Assembly (NCBI GenBank): GCA_000320545.1
Contig: ADNK01001163.1
Coordinates: 19,804-83,803 of the forward strand
Origin: Bigelowiella natans CCMP2755
Lineage: Eukaryota; Protista; Cercozoa
Length of the DNA stretch: 64,000 nt
Direction: 5' to 3'
The notes under the pieces are model-generated. The model saw only the letters and a program-made list of their open reading frames with translations. It ran no database searches and was not told the DNA's origin. How positions within the stretch are numbered: position 1 is the first letter of the stretch; every line of letters starts with the position of its first letter. Both the position numbers and the translations under genes were made by a program. Below, in pieces: positions 30,200-39,239 of this stretch.

Positions 30200-31950
30200 A
30201 GAATACATTGCATGAATCGAACACGTGAAGAAATTGTACGACATCGCATTTGCGAATATTATCCTATGCATTAAAAATGCTATGCAGCCAGGGTGTGCAT
30301 GCACAATGACAACCATGTGTGGCGTCGACATCACGCGACTAGTGTCATTTTCGCACGTGACTTGCACGCTCCTTGTGGCTCAGTCACATGCCCCAAACGA
30401 AATGGGCTGAAAAGAAATCCAGTCGGATGGTTTGGCGATGTGGTCCTGAACACCACAGCAGAGACTTCACATGCGCAGTCTCCAAACTTGCACACGCATA
30501 AAGAACTCAGAACAACGTACCAGCAGTTGGTTCACGTGTGGCACAAACTCACATTCATCGATCAGGTGCACACACGTGCCTGGTACGTAGCTTGGTGCAC
30601 ACGTGGAAATGAATTGTCAGGTGTGCATGACAAAAGACAAAAGGCACACGTGAGAACACAAACAGATGCGTGCAGAGCTTCGTGTGCGCACATGCACGTG
30701 TGCACTATATTGTGTGCACGTGCAGAGACTGACAGAGACGCAGAGACCCAGTCTCTGAAACACACATGCACAGTTGTGGCGACCATGCACAGTCCAGCTA
30801 GCAGATCTAGAGCTGTTGTTGCAATCACTGCATGCCCATCGTATCCACGGTGACTCTGCACATGCATCGACTGCAAGCAGCCAGTTGTGTCATTGTTGCA
30901 CACATCAAATTCGAGCGTGCACCACCACGACGCGCTGGTCCATTGTCACAGACTGATCGATGCATGCGATCATGCCTAGATGCATGTACACGCATCATCA
31001 CCCCCAGCTCAGCTGACCACAGCACGTTCGTTGCACAAATGGGCGAATTGCTCAAAAATTCCAGGAGAGCAAAAAAAGGCAGAACATTCTCTTGTTTTCG
31101 GTGCAATCCACTGCGGCCACGTGCGATCAAAAAGTGAATTTGAAAACATCATGCTTGACCACATAAAGAGGGAAGAGACTAGATGACCACCCGCCATGAA
31201 GAACAGCCGGGAGCACCAGGCATGACGAAAATGAGAAAGCTGCAAACTTTGAGTTCAGTGACTTCGAAGCTTTCTAGCTTTGCGCTTTTTTTTCAGGCCT
31301 CAACTTTTGTCTATTTGTCACAAGTTGACCTCTGTCGCTAGCTAGATCTCTAGATCTAGAGATCGTCATTGTGCAAGCAAACTAACGTGATGATCAATTT
31401 TTTTCAGTTGTCATCGTCCGGATAGATCTAGAGATGCATGTTCATGGTGCGCACTGCTAGCGCACGCAGTTCTACAGTGTGCAAAACAACAGACACACAG
31501 AGTACGCATGCTATGACATTGCATGATGTGCACTAGTGCACGCTAGCTAGTGGTGTGCGTGCACAACGTCCGCCCAGCACTGTCATGGAGCACAGTCATG
31601 CACTAGTGCATGCAGTGTCCATGGTCGAATGTGCCATGTGTGCATGTGCACTGCTGTGCACACATCATGCAGACATTCCAGGTCATATGCATTTTTCTAA
31701 ATTATATTTGCGCTGTAGCTTACGCAGGAACTGTTGCATTTTCATATAGCACAACGTACAGGCACTGCTGTGTCGTAGTTAGTGGTGCACTTGCATCGTA
31801 AACAACATGCGAATCGCATGCGCGCCCAACCATGATCAAAACTAAGGAACACAAGATGCAGCTTAAAACCATGGACGTGAATAGAAAGACTAGCAGATAC
31901 TTTGTTATGTGTAGCACACTGGACATGCACACTATCTAATCCAATGACGG
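30200..31950. other. large TG/CA- and CTAG-rich intergenic island
   Basis: For example GTGTGCGCACATGCACGTGTGCAC (~30692) and CTAGCTAGATCTCTAGATCTAGAG (~31339); between convergent saposin-like and IscU 3' ends. Confidence 0.6.
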
Positions 31951-32111
31951 AAGAATTCGTCCGATTGACATCCCTAGGTGAGGATGGCCGTGGTGAACTG
32001 TTTATGGGCACCAGCTTCGAAACTAGGCCACAAAATTCATAGATAATAGGTTACATTTACGACACTATCTCCGGAATTCAGCAAAAATACTGATTCTGGT
32101 ACGATATAGCC

Positions 32112-32765
32112 CTAAGATGATTCCGACTCCAAGCCCTTTTTCTCTTTGTAGTTCTTTATTGCTGCTTTCACTGCATCTTGGGCCAACATGCTACAGTGAA
32201 GCTTGACAGGGGGTAAATTAAGATGCGAAGCGATCTCAGAATTTTCCAGCTTAGCAGCCTCGTCAACCTTCTTTCCTTTCAACCACTCCGTCGCATATGA
32301 ACTGTGTAGGGGAGGAATCATTTCAAAACTAAATCAAAATACCAATATTTTTTTTCAAAAAGAGTTGTTTTTAAACCTTGATGCAATTGCTGAACCGCAA
32401 CCAAAGGTCTTGAATTTTGCCTCCTCAATATTTCCTTCCCCGTCGATCTTGATCTGCAGCTTCATGACATCACCGCAAGCGGGTGCGCCAACTAGTCCTA
32501 GAAGATCATTTCAAAAATTAGTGATGTTTCGGGTGAGCCAGAGCTACATACGAAAAGTCGAAATGCGGAATTGTGTGAATATAGTGAAGATTTTCCTAAA
32601 TGTAATTCCGAACATAGAGGTACCTGTTCCGACGTTCTCGTCTTTGTCATCAAGGGATCCCACGTTCCGCGGGTTTTCGTAGTGGTCCACAACGTTAGGA
32701 TGGTACATTCTACGAGAAGTTACCGTCGCAGTACTGCGCAGAGACCTGCAGAAGCTCCGAAGCAT
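32112..32765 (-). CDS. ISCU: mitochondrial iron-sulfur cluster scaffold IscU/Isu1 (3 exons)
   Basis: Presequence MLRSFCRSLRSTATVTSRR, YHPNVVDHYENPRNVGS, GLVGAPACGDVMKLQIKI, FKTFGCGSAIASSSYATEW, LPPVKLHCSMLAQDA. Exons 32765-~32624, 32497-32377, 32301-32112. Confidence 0.97.
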
Positions 32766-33523
32766 ATTTCTTCTTCTCTGGCAATAGGGTTATGATCGAA
32801 GAGTTTTAAACACAGAATGTAATTTTCGAATTCTCGAAATGAAAAGCAAGGTTGGGTTAGGTTGGGAAAACGTATTCACTTCTCAGTAAATTCTATTTAC
32901 TTCTCAATGGAACGAAATATTGCAACTGTCAAATCTTCCAATGAGATGAGGAGGACAATGTGCTTTACATGTACCTCCAAAGACAGCTGGTGAGGAGGAT
33001 GCGGTAGGAAATTTCAGCACTGGTTGCGTTACGTACGAAAAATTATGGAGCAGAGATCTATCTAATTTCACATAGATTGAAGCCTCATTTTGTCTTGTCT
33101 CTAATAATAAAAATAGGTCTTTTTGCCTTTTTTGCGATGCAAGTGTAAAAAAAAAAATACATCTGAGGATGAAGAAAGCAATGTGCGGGTGCTTTCATGG
33201 TGCGTCACGCTCTTAATCTCAAAAAGCAAGGAATCACTTTTTTCTGAAAGGCGATTTTCTCTACTGTAAGTAGCCGCTAGTGTCAGGATTCCTGACAGAG
33301 CTCGCTCGCACATTGGGAGTGCTCTCCGATGGCAGTCCACTCCACCCAACCAGCCAAGGAACCTGTGAACAAACCATTCATGCCTGAAGATTTTGAAGGA
33401 AGCCAAAGTACACGCTTTGAGTTAGTTCCCACTTTGAGTGGATGTCTGCAGCCCATGGGGGCTGCACAGCGCACGCGTGTGCGAACGTGTGTGGTTTGGT
33501 GCACCTGTCCTTCACCGTGCACG

Positions 33524-33849
33524 TGTAGCGCGTACCACTACGCGGGCACGAGGCGCTACGTGCACAAGTAGGCAGGGGGGGGGAAAGGCACGTTTGCTTC
33601 CTTTTGAAGAGTTGTGTTTATTTTTATTAAAGATTATATTTTTATTAAATCGTGCACTGCGTAATCATTCGCGAAGCTTTCGCGAATGCCGCCGCACGTG
33701 GGGCAGCACACTTCCGGTGTGCTGCCATGAGTCCCGCCGGAACCCACGTGCCTATGCTGTATTAATATCTACGTTATCTATATTCTATATCCGCGACAAC
33801 CCCTTTGTTGTCGCACGTGACTTGTGCCCGCGTAGTGGTACGCGCTACA
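33524..33849 (-). repeat. 3' LTR (326 bp) carrying perfect 26-bp terminal inverted repeats
   Basis: 33549-33849 appears identical to 38939-39239. 33524-33549 is the exact reverse complement of 33824-33849. Confidence 0.95.
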
Positions 33850-33857
33850 CCTCCCCC
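33850..33857 (-). promoter_or_regulatory. polypurine tract (GGGGGAGG on the minus strand)
   Basis: Immediately precedes the TGTAG start of the 3' LTR in element orientation. Confidence 0.8.
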
Positions 33858-33900
33858 AAGTCACGTTGCTCCTTCCTTCCTTCCTTATTCCCTTAGACCT

Positions 33901-36900
33901 TCATCGCTTTCGGAACTTCACCAACCACCAGGTAATAGATTCCTCTCTAACCTTATCTCCTTTGTCGCTTACCCAGAACTCACCTTCGTCCTTAGGTTCG
34001 TGTCCATACCAGCCCTCTGCATCAAGGTCCCCCAGGACCTTATACCAGTGCTCAAAGGGTAAGTCGGGAACAGCTAGGTAGAGTAGCTGATATTTTCCGT
34101 CCTTTATTTTCATAGCTACCCTCTCCATATTTCGTAATCCAGGGTAGCCTAGATAGACAATCTTCATGCGCCAATCGTCGTTCACCCTGACCTTATTGTT
34201 TCCATATTCCACATCGAACTTAGGTCGGGGTCCTAAACAAGGCATTGCTCGCTCCCACACAGTAGGGTTTACTTTAACATCCTCTAGGAGCTTCTCACCG
34301 ATATCATAATTCTTTAGGTGACTGATGTGGCGCAAGGTGACCCTGTTCCCATCATAGATGTAGTACTGCTTCCTCCCCTTCCTCTCGGTAACCTTTGCAA
34401 CGCCACCCCAGAAGGGGTCTTGTTTATTTCTCGATCTCAGATTTACCTTGGCCCTAACATACTGTCCTTCCTTTAGAACTCGGCCATCGTACGGGACCTT
34501 CTCGTCTTCGCTCTCGGTATCGTCGTCGTTGTCGTCGCCTTCTTCCCTCTCCTTATCCTTGATACCTCCCCCAGACGTGAAGGTGTCGTTTACTAACCCT
34601 TGTATCTTGTCTGGTGTGGTGCTATTTATCCTGCTTAGGTTGGCCAAGGTGCGGTGGAGTCGCTCTACCTTGGAGTTGGACTGGGCATAGTATACAGGTG
34701 AGGCATCAATATTAGGGTGTGGTAGCTGTAGAAGAGAGGTCTCATTATCCACATGTAACTTCTTTGGTATCTTGTTTATGCTAACTTCATCAGGGATAGC
34801 CTGGAGCTCAGACTCCCAGGTACGGTAGCAGTTAGTAAGCCTCTGCTTATATAAGCCTTTGTTCTTCTTAGCAACGTTGACCTTGATAATCTTTTTAACC
34901 CAGCACTTTCCAGTGGCCACATCAACGAAGGTAAGGTAGTGATAGCCATCGTACTTATAAACATCAATTTGCACGATATCTAAGAAGTTCCTTGCTTTGA
35001 TTTTCTTAGATGCACGGCTCTTGCTGGACTCCTTGGTGGCGACGCCTGCCGCCTTCAAGCTGGAGCACCTGCAGCCACGCAGGTATGTCCTTATCTCTTT
35101 TAGCTTGTAGGGCCAGTAGTAATGGTAGAGTAGAGCAGTGATATGGTTTTCTCCTACGTGTGCAGGTCCATGGGCGGTAAAGAGAAGGGCTCCCCTGGTC
35201 CGCCGTGGCACGTAGGTACGCCTAACATTATTAGTGTATACATATATCCTATCACTAAGTACCTCATGCTTGTGTTTGTATTTATCCAGGTGTTCTTGAA
35301 GGTGCTGGAGCTCCTCTGGCTCAGGCAGGAAGTCGCCGTCCTCGAAGGTAATCGCGTTAACCATAGGGGTGACCTGGGTAGGGACTTTCTTTTCGAACAG
35401 CCTGCTGAAATAGTCAGCAAGCTGCTTGTCTCCTGGTGCGTAGACCACTGTCCTCTTGTCCCTAAACTCTTCCGTGTCCGCCCTCATAGCTGCATACTCA
35501 TCGTTAGGCGCTTCGAGCTTGCGGTCGATGCCTAGGAGGGGCTTGTGGTCAGTCATTAAGGTGAAGCTGGGCACCGACAGCAGGTAGTATCTTAGTTTCC
35601 TCTGCGCCTCAGTCATGGCTTTATACTCTCCTTTTGTAGGGCTGTACTTGGCCTCAGCTGCTGTGCAGGCCCTGCCCCACACCCGTATGATCTGCTGGTC
35701 TTGGGTAAGTACAGCAGCCATACCTAGCTTAGACCAGTCTGTCCATAGGGTAGCTGGTCTAGTAGTGTCTAGCTTAGCATTCAATAGGGTGTTGCTGCAT
35801 AACTTTATTAGGTTATCGAAGTGGGCATCAAGGCCAGCCTTGGCCCACACCTTAGCGAAGCTGAGGCCTACAGAGTTCTCCTTCCGGTAAGCAGTAGTAA
35901 AAGCAGCTGCAGTCCTAGCGTAGGTAGGGGAGAACCTACGTAGTATCCAAGCTGGAGTCTGCAAGAATGACTTTAACTCCTTTGCATTCTTAGGTTTAGG
36001 GGCTTGCTGTAGTGCTGCTACTTTCTCGGGGTTTGGGGTGATGCGGCCTTGCTCCAGGTAATATCCACACCACTTGATTCTTGTAGCTAGGAATGTACAC
36101 TTCTGCAGTCTAATAGTAAAACCGAAGTGTGCAAACCTAATAAATATATTTTCCAGGAGGAAGATCTGAGCGACGACTGTGTTGGTACATATTATGTCAT
36201 CATCCACATACACAAACACAAACACCCACAACACAGACGCCATCCCATCATGTGTGTATGCCCTGTAGTTCTGACTACTGAACGCATCCCCTGATATGCT
36301 TAGGCCGTAAGGGAATACGACGAAGTGCCACTTCCTGTGCCTGCTGGAGAACGCGGTAATGGGGCGGGAGGTTTTGTGGATGGGTGTCTGCATGTATGAT
36401 TCATTTTTATCTAGGGAAGAGTAGTATTTGTATCCTATGACGTGTTCAATAACGTCATCTATCCTTGGTGTAGGTGTCTGGATCCTCTTTATTACTCGGT
36501 TGTGGCGGATGAAGTTGTGCGCCAGGCGGAAGAAAGGGTAAGTAGGTTTCTTAGCTAGCACATGTCTCACGTTCCATGGTGAGTTGCTTGGCTCTATCTT
36601 CCCTTCCTTTGCCCATTCATTGATCTGCCACTCTATCTTTTCCCAGTCCGCTTCCGGTCGCCTATGTTCTGGGTCATTGATGATGCACTCTTCGTATCCC
36701 TTCTTTAGCTCGATCTTTACTGGGGTAAGCTTGCTGGAGGGCTTCGTCGTCGGCTTGGTGATGTCAGAGTACTTCTCGTTTAATATTTTATTAATGTACT
36801 TTTTGCCTTTGTCGATATCCCAATCATCAGCTGGGGGGGTCTTGTCCAGTAGCTCCGTTATCTGTCGGATGGTCTTGCCGGGGTTCTTCTTCCGTAGCTC

Positions 36901-38874
36901 GGTAGGTGTAGGTAGCTTGTTGTCCGCTAGGTCCATAAACTCTAACGCATTAACGCTTGACTCAGAGGTCCACTCGTCAAGCCGTATCATGTTCTGGCTG
37001 ATGGTCCTGCCTGACTTCTTTGGCAACTTAGCAAAGTATATCTTGTGATTGTAGAATGATATGATCCCCCCTAATTTTTCTAGGGCATCCTGTCCGAGGA
37101 GTAGTTCCATGGATAAAGTCATGGCTACTCGGGTCTTGATTTGGGTCTCCGCGTCGCTGCCAGGTATCTGTAGCTTTAGCATTAGCTCACCGACGGTCTT
37201 CATGGAAGAGCTTCCGTCTGCTTGAGCATATTTACGTTCTTTCTTAGTCACTTGATCCAATAGTCCTAACCTTCTTACTGTGCTTAGGCTTATGAAGGAC
37301 TTCGGCATGCTGCCACTATCCCAAAGGGCAGGTAGTTTCTTGTAGTCTCCGTAGCTGTCTTTAACTTTAACCTTGGTCATAGCAACTTTGATAGTCCTGT
37401 TAGCGTCTTCGTCATTAATGTTGCATACTCCTAAGTTCTTTATGTCGTCTAGGGTCATGGGCTTGTCTTGGTCCTGCGTTGCTGGTACTGCTGTCTTCGT
37501 CGGCGCCTGCTTAAGGTGATCTAATATTCCGTTTATCTGCTGCTGTATAGCATTGATACTGTTCTGCTTTTTGTTCTTATATTTATTGTTCTTCCCGTTG
37601 TTGCTGCCTTGCCATTTGCTGTTGTTATATCCTTGTCCTCTGCCTTTCTTTCTCTTTAACTTCTCGTAGTGTTCGTTGAGCTGCCTGATCGTCATCCTGG
37701 GTCGTCCTTCTTTCCTGTCTCTGCAGTCTTTAGCGGTGTGTTTCCCTTTACGTGAGCAGTATCCGCAACGTCGGTTACCTTCCCTGTCCTTGTACCAGTC
37801 TCGCTGCGGCTTAATAGCGTTAATGTTTCCTATGCCAGGTACCTTAGGGCTGGTAAACTTGCGGTCCTGCTCCTGCTCGCGTAGGGATATAGCCTGCACT
37901 GCTGCCTCCATCGTGGTGTAGCCTTTCTCCGTAACGTAAGTGGATTCCTTTATCTTTAACTTGAACTCTTCAAACCTTGCCTGATCATCACCTGTGTTGT
38001 AATTAAAATCATGTAGTTCGTCGATCATATCCTGGAAGCGCGTGGCAAAGTCTCTAACAGGTTCTCTCTCATGCTGCATCATTGCTCTGTATTTTCTAAT
38101 AGCCTGGGGTAGGGAGTTAGCATCCTGTTCATTTACAAAAGCCTTCATTATCGCCTCAACGTCTCGTAGCCCACTAACTGTAGTGTGTATTTTCTCTAGC
38201 TGCCTGATCCGGGTCCTGCCTGTCTCGTAAAGGTCCATGGCTTGCTTTATTATAGCTAGCCATTTGAGCTTGTCGTTTTCGGTGGGGTTAGGGGTAAAGT
38301 CGCAGAGTATACTCCTAGCGTTCTTCCACCACCTCCTTGCCTCACCTCTTTTCCCGTTGTATTTCGTTATCATAACCGGTGCTGTTTTAACAGACATGAA
38401 CTGGGTGTTCCGCTGTACCGGCTGCTGCTGCTTGACGGTGCTCTGGGTCGTCCCCCGCGAGGCGCCCAGACCCCCGTCGTTCCTAAACAAAGCTGCCCAC
38501 TCTGGAGGTAAGTCTGCTTCGTAATCCATGATGTCCTGCATGATAGCTGCCCAAACATCATGTGTCTGATACTTGTATTCTATCGATACTTTCAGTTTGG
38601 CGTAGTTGCTCGCCCTGGGTCGCAAGGCTCGTAATGCCATTACGACCTTCTTGCTTTCGGCGGCCACGTCCTCGTCGTCCGCCTCGTAGAAGTTCTCCAG
38701 TGCCTCTGCTGCTGCATCTGCTTTCTTAATCCCGGGTGCTGGTCCCGGCGGTGCCTGTGGAGGTGTTCCTCCTCCTTCCTTAGCGTCCGTATCGCCCTTC
38801 CTTTCCTGTTTCTGCTCGTGCCCTTGCACGGCCTGCGAGCCAAAGTCCTGCTGTTCTTCTAGCTGCTGTGACAT
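33901..38874 (-). CDS. 1657-aa Gag-Pol polyprotein with an extra C-terminal domain
   Basis: Zn knuckle CGYCSRKGKHTAKDC; protease ALWDSGS; RT SSLDKNESY / YVDDDII; RNase H LWTDWS..GEYKA..MTDHKPL..LADYFSR; integrase H-x3-H..CRC, VQIDVY, LHVDNE, SKVERLHRT; SH3-like LKEGQYV..PFWGG. No frameshift or stop. Confidence 0.97.
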   Translation of the reverse strand: MSQQLEEQQDFGSQAVQGHEQKQERKGDTDAKEGGGTPPQAPPGPAPGIKKADAAAEALENFYEADDEDVAAESKKVVMALRALRPRASNYAKLKVSIEYKYQTHDVWAAIMQDIMDYEADLPPEWAALFRNDGGLGASRGTTQSTVKQQQPVQRNTQFMSVKTAPVMITKYNGKRGEARRWWKNARSILCDFTPNPTENDKLKWLAIIKQAMDLYETGRTRIRQLEKIHTTVSGLRDVEAIMKAFVNEQDANSLPQAIRKYRAMMQHEREPVRDFATRFQDMIDELHDFNYNTGDDQARFEEFKLKIKESTYVTEKGYTTMEAAVQAISLREQEQDRKFTSPKVPGIGNINAIKPQRDWYKDREGNRRCGYCSRKGKHTAKDCRDRKEGRPRMTIRQLNEHYEKLKRKKGRGQGYNNSKWQGSNNGKNNKYKNKKQNSINAIQQQINGILDHLKQAPTKTAVPATQDQDKPMTLDDIKNLGVCNINDEDANRTIKVAMTKVKVKDSYGDYKKLPALWDSGSMPKSFISLSTVRRLGLLDQVTKKERKYAQADGSSSMKTVGELMLKLQIPGSDAETQIKTRVAMTLSMELLLGQDALEKLGGIISFYNHKIYFAKLPKKSGRTISQNMIRLDEWTSESSVNALEFMDLADNKLPTPTELRKKNPGKTIRQITELLDKTPPADDWDIDKGKKYINKILNEKYSDITKPTTKPSSKLTPVKIELKKGYEECIINDPEHRRPEADWEKIEWQINEWAKEGKIEPSNSPWNVRHVLAKKPTYPFFRLAHNFIRHNRVIKRIQTPTPRIDDVIEHVIGYKYYSSLDKNESYMQTPIHKTSRPITAFSSRHRKWHFVVFPYGLSISGDAFSSQNYRAYTHDGMASVLWVFVFVYVDDDIICTNTVVAQIFLLENIFIRFAHFGFTIRLQKCTFLATRIKWCGYYLEQGRITPNPEKVAALQQAPKPKNAKELKSFLQTPAWILRRFSPTYARTAAAFTTAYRKENSVGLSFAKVWAKAGLDAHFDNLIKLCSNTLLNAKLDTTRPATLWTDWSKLGMAAVLTQDQQIIRVWGRACTAAEAKYSPTKGEYKAMTEAQRKLRYYLLSVPSFTLMTDHKPLLGIDRKLEAPNDEYAAMRADTEEFRDKRTVVYAPGDKQLADYFSRLFEKKVPTQVTPMVNAITFEDGDFLPEPEELQHLQEHLDKYKHKHEVLSDRIYVYTNNVRRTYVPRRTRGALLFTAHGPAHVGENHITALLYHYYWPYKLKEIRTYLRGCRCSSLKAAGVATKESSKSRASKKIKARNFLDIVQIDVYKYDGYHYLTFVDVATGKCWVKKIIKVNVAKKNKGLYKQRLTNCYRTWESELQAIPDEVSINKIPKKLHVDNETSLLQLPHPNIDASPVYYAQSNSKVERLHRTLANLSRINSTTPDKIQGLVNDTFTSGGGIKDKEREEGDDNDDDTESEDEKVPYDGRVLKEGQYVRAKVNLRSRNKQDPFWGGVAKVTERKGRKQYYIYDGNRVTLRHISHLKNYDIGEKLLEDVKVNPTVWERAMPCLGPRPKFDVEYGNNKVRVNDDWRMKIVYLGYPGLRNMERVAMKIKDGKYQLLYLAVPDLPFEHWYKVLGDLDAEGWYGHEPKDEGEFWVSDKGDKVREESITWWLVKFRKR

Positions 38875-38885
38875 TGTTAGTCAAA

Positions 38886-38908
38886 TCGTTTCCCGTGTGT
38901 GGAAGCCA
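38886..38908 (-). promoter_or_regulatory. primer-binding site candidate
   Basis: The minus strand reads TGGCTTCCACACACGGGAAACGA, 5 nt downstream of the 5' LTR. It is complementary to a tRNA-like 3' end (...TCGTTTCCCGTGTGTGGAAGCCA). tRNA identity unresolved (Glu/Asp-like guess). Confidence 0.65.
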
Positions 38909-38913
38909 AAGGT

Positions 38914-39239
38914 TGTTGCGCGTAAGGTGTTCACAGGCCGAGGCGCTACGTGCACAAGTAGGCAGGGGGGGGGAAAGGCACGTTTGCTTCCTTTTGAAGA
39001 GTTGTGTTTATTTTTATTAAAGATTATATTTTTATTAAATCGTGCACTGCGTAATCATTCGCGAAGCTTTCGCGAATGCCGCCGCACGTGGGGCAGCACA
39101 CTTCCGGTGTGCTGCCATGAGTCCCGCCGGAACCCACGTGCCTATGCTGTATTAATATCTACGTTATCTATATTCTATATCCGCGACAACCCCTTTGTTG
39201 TCGCACGTGACTTGTGCCCGCGTAGTGGTACGCGCTACA
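38914..39239 (-). repeat. 5' LTR (326 bp)
   Basis: Same length as the other LTR; differs only at 38917 and in the block 38925-38938. Confidence 0.93.

Larger units (their letters stand above)
33524..39239 (-). mobile_element. intact, young Ty3/gypsy-type LTR retrotransposon (5716 bp)
   Basis: Two 326-bp direct repeats with TG...CA ends, PBS-like and PPT-like sites, and a single gag-PR-RT-RH-IN ORF in Ty3/gypsy domain order. Confidence 0.97.

Noticed and set aside
34448-38843. Antisense and alternative-frame ORFs inside the retrotransposon
   Set aside because: They are shadows of the long gag-pol frame, with no env-like or tyrosine-recombinase motifs seen.
38886-38908. tRNA-like 3' end sequence
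   Set aside because: Only about 23 nt with no cloverleaf; it is the retrotransposon PBS, not a tRNA gene. No tRNA, rRNA or snRNA gene was recognised in the window.
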